Assembly: GCA_002104945.1 (NCBI GenBank)
Contig: MCFH01000047.1
Coordinates: 248,001 to 312,000, forward strand
Direction: 5' to 3'
DNA length: 64,000 nt
Origin: Piromyces finnis finn
Taxonomy: Eukaryota > Fungi > Neocallimastigomycota
The notes under the pieces were generated by a model, which saw only the letters and a list, made by a program, of their open reading frames with translations, ran no database searches and was not told the origin of the DNA. This document shows, in pieces, positions 1 to 10,948 of this stretch. Position 1 is the stretch's first letter; every line of letters begins with the position of its first letter. The translations under genes and the position numbers were made by a program.

Positions 1-37
1 CTTCCAATGGGACACCGAGCCAAAGATCAAAATTTTA

Positions 38-3000
38 TCATGGGACAAAATTATGATCTCCATTGGTTGCGCTGGCCCTCCTGGCCTGTCTTACTGTTTC
101 TTCAGCATTGACGCTCTTGGATGTTGCTTCAAACCTTTTGAACATTGACCATTGCTGGCCAATAGCAAAAGGCATGATTTTGGTTAGAAGTTCCGCGGTT
201 ACCGTCAAGAATGGTGTTCCTTCATTAGTACCAGATTGAATCTGACGCTTACAAAGTTCTTTTCATTCCCTTGAATTGTAATTGATATTGTTAAAACTTC
301 TTCCCCCAAGAAGGAATTTAAATATTTTACTGCACACACTAGAATAATCATACACATTAATATTCACCGGATTATTAGAACTATTACTATCATTAACTAA
401 ATTACTATCTAAATTAGAATTATTATCTTCACTATTGCTATCATTACTAATATTATTATTTCTATTACTACTATTGTTATTATTACTATTGTTATTATTA
501 CTATTGTTATTATTACTATTGTTATTATTACTATTGTTACTATTACTATTAATATTATTACTATCTCTACTGATATTATCAATTTCATTATTATTGATAG
601 GACTATTGGAATTACGTTGACTGAAAAAATTTAATAGCTGGACTATGGAATCATAATGTTTAATACGGATATCTCTAAATGTTGGACAATCTAATAACCA
701 ATGTTTAATACTTTGATCTCCACACTTGCAACATGGACAGTAGTTAGGACAAACTGGATCAACAAATTTGGCAGCTTTGGCAACTCTAGCATCCAACTTG
801 TATCCGCTTCTTGCTTTCAATAGCCAGTAGAAGCCATAGGCAAACTCTGGGTACTCATAACATAATTTAATAAAATCTTTAGTATCAATAAACTTATTAT
901 CATCATAATATTGCGCTTTGATTGAATTCCCTTTGAGATCTTTCCAATAAAAGTTTTTAACTGCTTTAACATCTCCATGTTTCTTTAGTTTTTTATCAAG
1001 TGTCCTACTTGATTTGCACCACGTGTATTTTCTAAATTTAGGAATGTAATTGACAAGGTGTGAGATAATACAATTTGAGTTTTTCCATTTGTTAAAACAT
1101 CTAACCTGAGCTAATGCACATTTGGCTGACAATGGAGGAATATTCAAATCTTTTGAGATAGAGTATAAAGATATAAACGATACAGCTTTATGAACTCCGG
1201 CAACCCATCGTATTCCTTTGTTAACATGCTTCTGTGCAATTCTAGACCTGGCTTTGTTGGATCCAAGTAATGGTGCAAAGTATGAAACTCTGCTGATTAC
1301 TTGTGAGTTAAGTACTAGCTTTTTGAAGGGAATAGGAATATTAGGATTTCTTAAGAATTTACTGACTGAGAAAAGTCCTTTCAAAACCTTGTTATTAAGA
1401 GCTTTAATAACTGGTTTAAGGGACAGATTCTTATCAAATGGAACACCAAGATAAGTATAACAATCAGTAGTTGGAATGGGTTGTCCTGCTAAGTAAAATG
1501 TTGGATCTCTCTTGTTCTGATTTTCTATTGATTCAGGACGAATCACCATCGTTGAACACTTCTGGATACCAAATTCCATTTCATTATACAAGGCCCATTC
1601 ATTAACTCTTCTAAGCATCTTTTTTAAGCATCCTCTTGTTGGAGCACAAATAACTATATCATCTGCAAAAATCCACCACAGCATCGAGTGTCACCTAAAC
1701 TGACTCCGAGATCTTCACACTCTTTAAATATATCATTAATAAAGAGATTAAAGAGAATAGGAGAAAGAGGGCATCCTTGACGGACTCCTTTCTTCACATC
1801 AAAAGATTTCGAGAATTGTCCATCTAATTTGACATTAGCCTTAGATGTTAAATATAAATTTTTGATGAATTGTAAACTCTTACCTCGGATTCCTAAACAA
1901 TCTAATTTATGGAGAATATTACCGATTGGGACTGAATCGTATGCTTTCCTGAGATCTAAAAAGGCCAAATATGTCTCTTTATTATCTAATTGACGTCTAC
2001 GGCATATTTCTTGGATTGAAATGAAAAGACTGATACTTTCTTCCTTTTTTCGAAAACCAAATTGTTCAGGTCTAATGAAATTATTCTTTAGACCATATTC
2101 TGAGATTCTAGTGGTGACAATTTTGGAAATCAACTTAATGCCATTATTGATAAGTGATATACCTCGATAGTTATCACAATCTGTCAAATCTCCCTTCTTA
2201 GGAATAGAAACAATACTGGATTCATTCCATGAGTTGGGGAAGTCTCCATCCCAAATACGGTTGAATAATTTAAGAATAAAATTTAAACCATAAGCATCAT
2301 TATCTGAAGTGGTATTACCGGAAGAATTATTATCTGTAGCATTATTAGAATCATTACTTGATGGAATTAATGCTTTGTAAAATTCAATTGGAATACCATC
2401 CGGACCTGATGCTTTATAATTCGGAGTAGAGAGGATAGCTGACTTGACTTCATCAATACTAATATCTTGGTTGATATCCCATTCATCAAGCATAGGGAGT
2501 GAAAAACGTTTATTCGTTGGTTCTTCATACCAATGCTCCAAATCAAGACTTACACCACTTGGATCTGATGCAAGCTTTTCGAAATGATCATGCCACACAT
2601 CTAGTTGTTCTTCCGTAGCAACAACTAATTCTCCATTTTTGTTTTTAATTGGTTGAGCAATAAAGAAAGAATCTTTTCCAATTTTTGCAGTTTTCTTGAT
2701 CCATTTCCAGGCCTTCTTAGGATTATGACTCTTCATATACTCACATCCTGTTTTAATCCAATGAAGATATTCTTGTTTCCTAAATTCATTACATCTTTTG
2801 TGGATGTAATCAATGAGCTTACGGTAGATTTTAATTCTTTTAATAAATTCATCTATATCATAAATTCTTTCTTTTTTAAATCTCTTATACAACTTCATTT
2901 TGATTTTTTGGAGATTAAAAATTTGTTGTGAAATATGAAATGAAGACTTTATAACATTATTTGCTGAGGTAATACTGAGCTCGTCTGCAATTGAAAAAGC

Positions 3001-4575
3001 AGTTGAAGTAAACTCTTTGGAAAGTTCATCTGTAGAAACATTAGGATCGTTGAATTTTGCTGAAAGTATTTGGAATTTATTATGACTGAGAATAGATTCC
3101 TTTTCCTCAATACATTTTAATCTATTCCATTTCAGAATTTTCTTAGGAACATTAAAGTCATTAGAAAAATCTTCCATAGGAATAATTTTACCATTAATAA
3201 GAAGTGGCTTATGGTCTGATACAGGATAAAAATTATTTATAAATGATCCTGAGTGAATAAGATCTTTCATCTTCGAATTGATAAGAGCATGGTCAATGTC
3301 GGAAGATTGATCACCTCGAGTCCAAGAGATAGTAGACCCTCTAAGCGGAAGAATTTCCCAATCTCCTAATCCATTAGTTGATAACCAGTTGGATAATTTT
3401 ACTTTAGACATATTAAAATCACCAACAAGAATCGATGGATGGGATGAATGAGTTTGTAACCACAAGCGAACTTCTAACTTTGCATGATCAACATAGATGT
3501 TGTGATGACTATGAGGCATATAAACATTTCCAATCGAGCATTTGAATCTATTCCAGAGACTAAAAGTATAAATAGAAATAATATACTTTCCAGAGAAGTT
3601 TTCAAGTGAGGCTTGACACGAATTGTGAAAACCTAAATATAAACCTCTCATTCCCGGAACTGATTCGTCAGCTTTCTTGAAAAAGTGTCTATAGTTTCGC
3701 AAAGTAACACGACAAGGATAATCTGTATTCGATCCAGAACCATTACCAGTTTCTTGGAAACATAAGAATAATGGTTTGAAAATAGCTGTGAAATAGCTAA
3801 TACTATCTCTCTTTTCATGATTCCACCCATTGGTGTTCCAACTAAGACAAAAAGAAAAGTTATCAGGCTTGTTGGATGAGGAAGAATCGTTGCTATTATT
3901 ATTATTATTAAAGTCATCGTTATTAATGGATGATGCATCAGAGGAATAAGTAGAACTATTACTAGATGGCTGTGAAACTGAAGAACTATCAACTATTGAA
4001 CTGTTATCAGAGTTGATAGAACTATTAGAATTAATTGTTGAATGTTGAGATTGAAATTGTGTTTGCTGTAGATCTGGAATATTTTCATGATGGGAAACTT
4101 GTTGAAGATCCTGTTGAAGATCTTGTTGAAGATCGGATTGTTGATGAGATTGTTGAACTGATTGTTGAACTGATTGTTGAAATGATTGTTGAATAGAATG
4201 TTGATGTTTATTAGAAACTAAAATTTTACGTTTGAGAGTGGAAAAAGTGTATTTGTGATTCCTTCTACTACGAGCTGAAAAGGAAATTGAGGTAACTGAA
4301 AGTTTCTTCTTTAACATGTGTAAGATTTTAATACAATCTTTTGATGAACCATGAACCTTGATTAAGAAAAAGTGATCATTGAAAGTTTGAAAATATTTAA
4401 CACTAATAACTGAATTAAATTTATCTTCTAGAATAACCTCGAGTTTTTCCCATAGCATATTTACTGACCATGATCGAATACCACGGATAAAGGAGCGAAT
4501 ATCATCTAAGGGGATACCATAAGACCGGGTACCACGTCTGATATAATTCTTATCTTTAATATAAAGGACTGACAT
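38..4575 (-). pseudogene. Disrupted EN-RT polyprotein ORF of LINE copy 1
   Basis: Relative to copy 2, one G is missing between 1671 and 1672 (GGLFADD becomes GGFLQMI), splitting ORFs 1654-4575 and 263-1684. A TGG>TGA nonsense change lies at 263-265. The original stop is at 38-40 (DHNFVP*). Confidence 0.88.
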
Positions 4576-5177
4576 GATAATAATTTCTAATTAAAAAATA
4601 TTGAATATAAAATAAATACTAATAAAAATTACAAATATAACGTATATGGAAAAAAATCTGTCTCTCTCTCTCTTCTTAAAAGTACTGGATAGAACAAAAA
4701 TTGTTACGATGCTTTGTTTAAAGTTTCTTTTTTTTTTTGAATTCTAGTTGTAAATTTTCTTTAAAAATTCTAGTTTTGGTTTGTTGTTAGTAAATTCGAT
4801 TCGCTTTTTGACACTAAAATTGTTTGACTTTACTTTTCATTAAATATTTAAATTGGTAAAAAATTTGAATCAAGAATGTCGACACCAGAAAGCTTGTGAA
4901 TAGTATTTTTACATGATGTAGAGTGAATCAGTCTCTTACAAGAAACAATACAACAATAGCTACATGAATATAAAAATACAATGCAAATGCTAAAGTTGAC
5001 TACATTGGATTCTTACAAGAGAAGAGTAGTACTACATGAATACATGAATAAAAGAAAAAAATACAGCAACAAAATGTATTACTCTTCTAATTAAATACTA
5101 TACAAACTTACCTGAGTATCAAACATTCAACTTATTCATCAAATACTTAAATTCGATGAATAAAATGTTTTTTAATC

Positions 5178-5531
5178 GCTCAGTACCATGAGCTTAGTCC
5201 TAATAATTTTCCCTTAAAGACTAACCAAGCATCCATTGCGCAATGCTTGGATTTAATTCTTTCTACTCTCTCAGTACCATGAGCATGAGTAGACCCCCTT
5301 GATAAACTCCATTTATTAAATAAATGAAGGCACGTTCCTAAGAGGGCACCAAGCATCCATTGCGCAATGCTTGGATTTAATTCTTTCTACTCTCTCAGTA
5401 CCATGAGCATGAGTAGACCCCCTTGATAAACTCCATTTATTAAATAAATGAAGGCAAGTTCCTAAGAGGGCACCAAGCATCCATTGCACAATACTTGGAT
5501 TTAATTCTTTCTACTCTCTCAGTATCATGAG

Positions 5532-5533
<2 letters not shown>
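5178..5533. repeat. 5'-terminal tandem monomers of LINE copy 1 (one 91-bp variant unit, then 124-bp period), hairpin-rich
   Basis: TCAGTA(C/T)CATGAGC recurs at 5180, 5271, 5395 and 5519. CCAAGCAT...(G/A)CTTGG inverted repeats start at 5225, 5349 and 5473. Confidence 0.93.
5524..5533. repeat. Left target-site duplication ATCATGAGCA of LINE copy 2
   Basis: Identical to 11242-11251. It directly abuts the T37 tract and carries a T variant absent from the internal ACCATGAGCA monomers. Confidence 0.8.
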
Positions 5534-5573
<40 letters not shown>

Positions 5574-5598
5574 GGCATCAAATATTTTAAACTTTATT
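5534..5598 (-). terminator. Poly(A) tail (A37, 5534-5570) and AATAAA signal (5593-5598) of LINE copy 2
   Basis: The + strand has a T37 run, with TTTATT 22 nt to its right, i.e. AATAAA upstream of poly(A) on the element's sense strand. Confidence 0.75.
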
Positions 5599-5813
5599 AT
5601 TAATTTAATTAAAATTATAATACATGTAATAAAAAATTAAAAATAAATAAAAAAAAAAAAAAAAAAAATATGTTTAAATAAACACAAATGAATAAAAATT
5701 GGGTATAATGTATTCTAGTAATTTTAATTAAAGTAAGAAAGCCACTATCATACTAAAGTATAATAATTGTATTTGACTTCCAATGGGACACCGAGCCAAA
5801 GATCAAAATTTTG

Positions 5814-8800
5814 TCATGGAACAAAATTATGATCTCCATTGGTTGCGCTGGCCCTCCTGGCCTGTCTTACTGTTTCTTCAGCATTGACGCTCTTGGATGT
5901 TGCTTCAAACCTTTTGAACATTGACCATTGCTGGCCAATAGCAAAAGGCATGATTTTGGTTAGAAGTTCCGCGGTTACCGTCAAGAATGGTGCTCCTTCA
6001 TTAGTACCAGATTGAATCTGACGCTTACAAAGTTCTTTCCATTCCCTTGAATTGTAATTAATATTGTTAAAACTTCTTCCCCCAAGAAGGAATTTAAATA
6101 TTTTACTGCACACACTAGAATAATCATACACATTAATATTCACCGGATTATTAGAACTATTACTATCATTAACTAAATTACTATCTAAATTAGAATTATT
6201 ATCTTCACTATTGCTATCATTACTAATATTATTATTTCTATTATTGTTATTATTACTATTGTTACTATTACTATTGTTACTATTACTATTGTTATTACTA
6301 CTATTGTTACTATTACTATTAATGTAATTACTATCTCTACTGATATTATCAATTTCATTATTATTGATAGGACTATTGGAATTACGTTGACTGAAAAAAT
6401 TTAATAGCTGGACTATGGAATCATAATGTTTAATACGGATATCTCTAAATGTTGGACAATCTAATAACCAATGTTTAATACTTTGATCTCCACACTTGCA
6501 ACATGGACAGTAGTTAGGACAAACTGGATCAACAAATTTAGCAGCTTTGGCAACTCTAGCATCCAACTTGTATCCGCTTCTTGCTTTCAATAGCCAGTAG
6601 AAGCCATAGGCAAACTCTGGGTACTCATAACATAATTTAATAAAATCTTTAGTTTCAATAAACTTATTATCATCATAATATTGCGCTTTGATTGAATTCC
6701 CTTTGAGATCTTTCCAATAAAAGTTTTTAACTGCTTTAACATCTCCATGTTTCTTTAATTTTTTATCAAGTGTCCTACTTGATTTGCACCACGTGTATTT
6801 TCTAAATTTAGGAATGTAATTGACAAGGTGTGAGATAATACAATTTGAGTTTTTCCATTTGTTAAAACATCTAACCTGAGCTAACGCACATTTGGCTGAC
6901 AATGGAGGAATATTCAAATCTTTTGAGATAGAGTATAAAGATATAAACGATACAGCTTTATGAACTCCGGCAATCCATCGTATTCCTTTGTTAACATGCT
7001 TCTGAGCAATCCTAGACCTAGCTTTGTTGGATCCAAGTAATGGTGCAAAGTATGAAACTCTGCTAATCACTTGAGAGTTAAGTACTAGTTTTTTGAAAGG
7101 AATAGGAATATTAGGATTTCTTAAGAATTTACTGACTGAGAAAAGTCCTTTCAAAACCTTGTTATTAAGAGCTTTAATTACTGGTTTAAGGGACAGATTC
7201 TTATCAAATGGAACACCAAGATAAGTATAGCAATCAGTAGTTGGAATGGGTTGTCCTGCTAAGTAAAATGTTGGATCTCTCTTGTTCTGATTTTCTATTG
7301 ATTCAGGACGAATCACCATCGTTGAACATTTCTGGATACCAAATTCCATTTCATTATACAATGCCCATTCATTAACTCTTCTAAGCATCTTTTTTAAGCA
7401 TCCTCTTGTTGGAGCACAAATAACTATATCATCTGCAAAAAGTCCACCACAGCATCGAGTGTCACCTAAACTGACTCCAAGATCTTCACACTCTTTAAAT
7501 ATATCATTAATAAAGAGATTAAAGAGAATAGGAGAAAGAGGGCATCCTTGACGGACTCCTTTCTTCACATCAAAAGATTTCGAGAATTGTCCATCTAATT
7601 TGACATTAGCCTTAGATGTTAAATATAAATTTTTGATGAATTGTAAACTCTTACCTCGGATTCCTAAACAATCTAATTTATGGAGAATATTACCGATTGG
7701 GACTGAATCGTATGCTTTCCTGAGATCTAAAAAGGCCAAATATGTCTCTTTATTATCTAATTGACGTCTACGGCATATTTCTTGGATTGAAATGAAAAGA
7801 CTAATACTTTCTTCCTTTTTTCGAAAACCAAATTGTTCAGGTCTAATGAAATTATTCTTTAGACCATATTCTGAGATTCTAGTGGTGACAATTTTGGAAA
7901 TCAACTTAATACCATTATTGATAAGTGATATACCTCGATAGTTATCACAATCTGTCAAATCTCCCTTCTTAGGAATAGAAACAATACTGGATTCATTCCA
8001 TGAGTTGGGGAAGTCTCCATCCCAAATACGGTTGAATAATTTAAGAATAAAATTTAAACCATAAGCATCATTATCTGAAGTGGTATTACCGGAAGAATTA
8101 TTATCTGTAGCATTATTAGAATCATTACTTGATGGAATTAATGCTTTGTAAAATTCAATTGGAATACCATCCGGACCTGATGCTTTATAATTCGGAGTAG
8201 AGAGGATAGCTGACTTGACTTCATCAATACTAATATCTTGGTTGATATCCCATTCATCAAGCATAGGGAGTGAAAAACGTTTATTCGTTGGTTCTTCATA
8301 CCAATGCTCCAAATCAAGACTTACGCCACTTGGATCTGATGCAAGATTTTCGAAATGATCATGCCACACATCTAGTTGTTCTTCCGTAGCAACAACTAAT
8401 TCTCCATTTTTATTTTTAATTGGTTGAGCAATAAAGAAAGAATCTTTTCCAATTTTTGCAGTTTTCTTGATCCATTTCCAGGCCTTCTTAGGATTATGAC
8501 TCTTCATATACTCACATCCTGTTTTAATCCAATGAAGATATTCTTGTTTCCTAAATTCATTACATCTTTTGTGGATGTAATCAATGAGCTTACGGTAGAT
8601 TTTAATTCTTTTAATAAATTCATCTATATCATAAATTCTTTCTTTTTTAAATCTCTTATACAACTTCATTTTGATTTTTTGGAGATTAAAAATTTGTTGT
8701 GAAATATGAAATGAAGACTTTATAACATTATTTGCTGAGGTAATACTGAGCTCGTCTGCAATTGAAAAAGCAGTTGAAGTAAACTCTTTGGAAAGTTCAT

Positions 8801-10349
8801 CTGTAGAAACATTAGGATCGTTGAATTTTGCTGAAAGTATTTGGAATTTATTATGACTGAGAATAGATTCCTTTTCCTCAATACATTTTAATCTATTCCA
8901 TTTCAGAATTTTCTTAGGAACATTAAAGTCATTAGAAAAATCTTCCATAGGAATAATTTTACCATTAATAAGAAGTGGCTTATGGTCTGATACAGGATAA
9001 AAATTATTTATAAATGATCCTGAGTGAATAAGATCTTTCATCTTCGAATTGATAAGAGCATGGTCAATGTCGGAAGATTGATCACCTCGAGTCCAAGAGA
9101 TAGTAGACCCTCTAAGCGGAAGAATTTCCCAATCTCCTAATCCATTAGTTGATAACCAGTTGGATAATTTTACTTTAGACATATTAAAATCACCAACAAG
9201 AATCGATGGATGGGATGAATGAGTTTGTAACCACAAGCGAACTTCTAACTTTGCATGATCAACATAGATGTTGTGATGACTATGAGGCATATAAACATTT
9301 CCAATCGAGCATTTGAATCTATTCCAGAGACTAAAAGTATAAATAGAAATAATATACTTTCCAGAGAAGTTTTCAAGTGAGGCTTGACACGAATTGTGAA
9401 AACCTAAATATAAACCTCTCATTCCCGGAACTGATTCGTCAGCTTTCTTGAAAAAGTGTCTATAGTTTCGCAAAGTAACACGACAAGGATAATCTGTATT
9501 CGATCCAGAACCATTACCAGTTTCTTGGAAACATAAGAATAATGGTTTGAAAATAGCTGTGAAATAGCTAATACTATCTCTCTTTTCATGATTCCACCCA
9601 TTGGTGTTCCAACTAAGACAAAAAGAAAAGTTATCAGGCTTGTTGGATGAGGAAGAATCGTTGCTATTATTATTATTATTAAAGTCATCGTTATTAATGG
9701 ATGATGCATCAGAGGAATAAGTAGAACTATTACTAGATGGCTGTGAAACTGAAGAACTATCAACTATTGAACTGTTATCAGAGTTGATAGAACTATTAGA
9801 ATTAATTGTTGAATGTTGAGATTGAAATTGTGTTTGCTGTAGATCTGGAATATTTTCATGATGGGAAACTTGTTGAAGATCCTGTTGAAGATCTTGTTGA
9901 AGATCGGATTGTTGATGAGATTGTTGAACTGATTGTTGAACTGATTGTTGAAATGATTGTTGAATAGAATGTTGATGTTTATTAGAAACTAAAATTTTAC
10001 GTTTGAGAGTGGAAAAAGTGTATTTGTGATTCCTTCTACTACGAGCTGAAAAGGAAATTGAGGTAACTGAAAGTTTCTTCTTTAACATGTGTAAGATTTT
10101 AATACAATCTTTTGATGAACCATGAACCTTGACTAAGAAAAAGTGATCATTGAAAGTCTGAAAATATTTAACACTAATAACTGAATTAAATTTATCTTCT
10201 AGAATAACCTCGAGTTTTTCCCATAGCATATTTACTGACCATGATCGAATACCACGGATAAAGAAGGAGCGAATATCATCTAAGGGGATACCATAAGACC
10301 GGGTACCACGTCTGATATAATTCTTATCTTTAATATAAAGGACTGACAT
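5814..10349 (-). CDS. LINE polyprotein: N-terminal RRM-like region, Q/S/N-rich linker, APE endonuclease, reverse transcriptase, CCHC zinc finger, Asn-rich tail
   Basis: ORF track 1511 aa. APE motifs WNTNG/FQET/GDFN/DH/SDH; RT motifs YRGISL, LDLRKAYDSV, GVRQGCPLSPILF, FADD, YLG; zinc finger CPCCKCGDQSIKHWLLDC. Confidence 0.97.
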   Translation of the reverse strand: MSVLYIKDKNYIRRGTRSYGIPLDDIRSFFIRGIRSWSVNMLWEKLEVILEDKFNSVISVKYFQTFNDHFFLVKVHGSSKDCIKILHMLKKKLSVTSISFSARSRRNHKYTFSTLKRKILVSNKHQHSIQQSFQQSVQQSVQQSHQQSDLQQDLQQDLQQVSHHENIPDLQQTQFQSQHSTINSNSSINSDNSSIVDSSSVSQPSSNSSTYSSDASSINNDDFNNNNNSNDSSSSNKPDNFSFCLSWNTNGWNHEKRDSISYFTAIFKPLFLCFQETGNGSGSNTDYPCRVTLRNYRHFFKKADESVPGMRGLYLGFHNSCQASLENFSGKYIISIYTFSLWNRFKCSIGNVYMPHSHHNIYVDHAKLEVRLWLQTHSSHPSILVGDFNMSKVKLSNWLSTNGLGDWEILPLRGSTISWTRGDQSSDIDHALINSKMKDLIHSGSFINNFYPVSDHKPLLINGKIIPMEDFSNDFNVPKKILKWNRLKCIEEKESILSHNKFQILSAKFNDPNVSTDELSKEFTSTAFSIADELSITSANNVIKSSFHISQQIFNLQKIKMKLYKRFKKERIYDIDEFIKRIKIYRKLIDYIHKRCNEFRKQEYLHWIKTGCEYMKSHNPKKAWKWIKKTAKIGKDSFFIAQPIKNKNGELVVATEEQLDVWHDHFENLASDPSGVSLDLEHWYEEPTNKRFSLPMLDEWDINQDISIDEVKSAILSTPNYKASGPDGIPIEFYKALIPSSNDSNNATDNNSSGNTTSDNDAYGLNFILKLFNRIWDGDFPNSWNESSIVSIPKKGDLTDCDNYRGISLINNGIKLISKIVTTRISEYGLKNNFIRPEQFGFRKKEESISLFISIQEICRRRQLDNKETYLAFLDLRKAYDSVPIGNILHKLDCLGIRGKSLQFIKNLYLTSKANVKLDGQFSKSFDVKKGVRQGCPLSPILFNLFINDIFKECEDLGVSLGDTRCCGGLFADDIVICAPTRGCLKKMLRRVNEWALYNEMEFGIQKCSTMVIRPESIENQNKRDPTFYLAGQPIPTTDCYTYLGVPFDKNLSLKPVIKALNNKVLKGLFSVSKFLRNPNIPIPFKKLVLNSQVISRVSYFAPLLGSNKARSRIAQKHVNKGIRWIAGVHKAVSFISLYSISKDLNIPPLSAKCALAQVRCFNKWKNSNCIISHLVNYIPKFRKYTWCKSSRTLDKKLKKHGDVKAVKNFYWKDLKGNSIKAQYYDDNKFIETKDFIKLCYEYPEFAYGFYWLLKARSGYKLDARVAKAAKFVDPVCPNYCPCCKCGDQSIKHWLLDCPTFRDIRIKHYDSIVQLLNFFSQRNSNSPINNNEIDNISRDSNYINSNSNNSSNNNSNSNNSNSNNSNNNNNRNNNISNDSNSEDNNSNLDSNLVNDSNSSNNPVNINVYDYSSVCSKIFKFLLGGRSFNNINYNSREWKELCKRQIQSGTNEGAPFLTVTAELLTKIMPFAIGQQWSMFKRFEATSKSVNAEETVRQARRASATNGDHNFVP

Positions 10350-10948
10350 GATAATAATTTCTAATTAAAAAATATTGAATATAAAATAAATACTAATAAA
10401 AATTACAAATATAACGTATATGGAAAAAAATCTGTCTCTCTCTCTCTTCTTAAAAGTACTGGATAGTACAAAAATTGTTACGATGCTTTGTTTAAAGTTT
10501 CTTTTTTTTTGAATTCTAGTTGTAAATTTTCTTTAAAAATTCTAGTTTTGGTTTGATGTTAGTAAATTCGATTCGCTTTTTGACACTAAACTTGTTTGAC
10601 TTTACTTTTCATTAAATATTTAAATTGGTAAAAAATTTGAATCAAGAATGTCGACACCAGAAAGCTTGTGAATAGTATTTTTACATGATGTAGAGTGAAT
10701 CAGTCTCTTACAAGAAACAATACAACAATAGCTACATGAATATAAAAGTACAATGCAAATGCTAAAGTTGACTACATTGGATTCTTACAAGAGAAGAGTA
10801 GTACTACATGAATACATGAATAAAAGAAAAAATACAGCAACAAAATGTATTACTCTTCTAATTAAATACTATACAAACTTACCTGAAAAATCAAACATTC
10901 ACTTATTCATCAAATACTTAAATTTGATGAATAAAATGTTTTTTAATC

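Larger units (their letters stand above)
1..5533 (-). mobile_element. Non-LTR retrotransposon (LINE, APE-type) copy 1; 3' UTR cut by the window edge; coding region disrupted
   Basis: About 99% identical by eye to 5777-11241, offset about 5776 bp. It has the same ORF, 5' UTR and 124-bp monomers, and encodes APE (SWNTNG, CFQET, GDFN, SDH) and RT (QFGFR, LDLRKAYD, QGCPLSP) motifs. Confidence 0.96.

Noticed and set aside
5270-5350. Hammerhead or HDV-like ribozyme in the monomers
   Set aside because: There is no CUGANGA core on either strand. A G-U-closed P1-like stem exists, but there is no room for P2/P3/L3 and no GG for P1.1.
5178-5533. Regularly spaced palindromic repeats resembling a CRISPR array
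   Set aside because: The intervening sequences are near-identical rather than unique spacers, there are no cas genes, and the context is a eukaryotic LINE 5' end.
435-9763. Short ORFs overlapping the LINE ORFs (435-620, 1218-1454, 2653-2931, 3648-3992, 8424-8702, 9419-9763)
   Set aside because: These are antisense or alternate-frame shadows and microsatellite translations, with no motifs.
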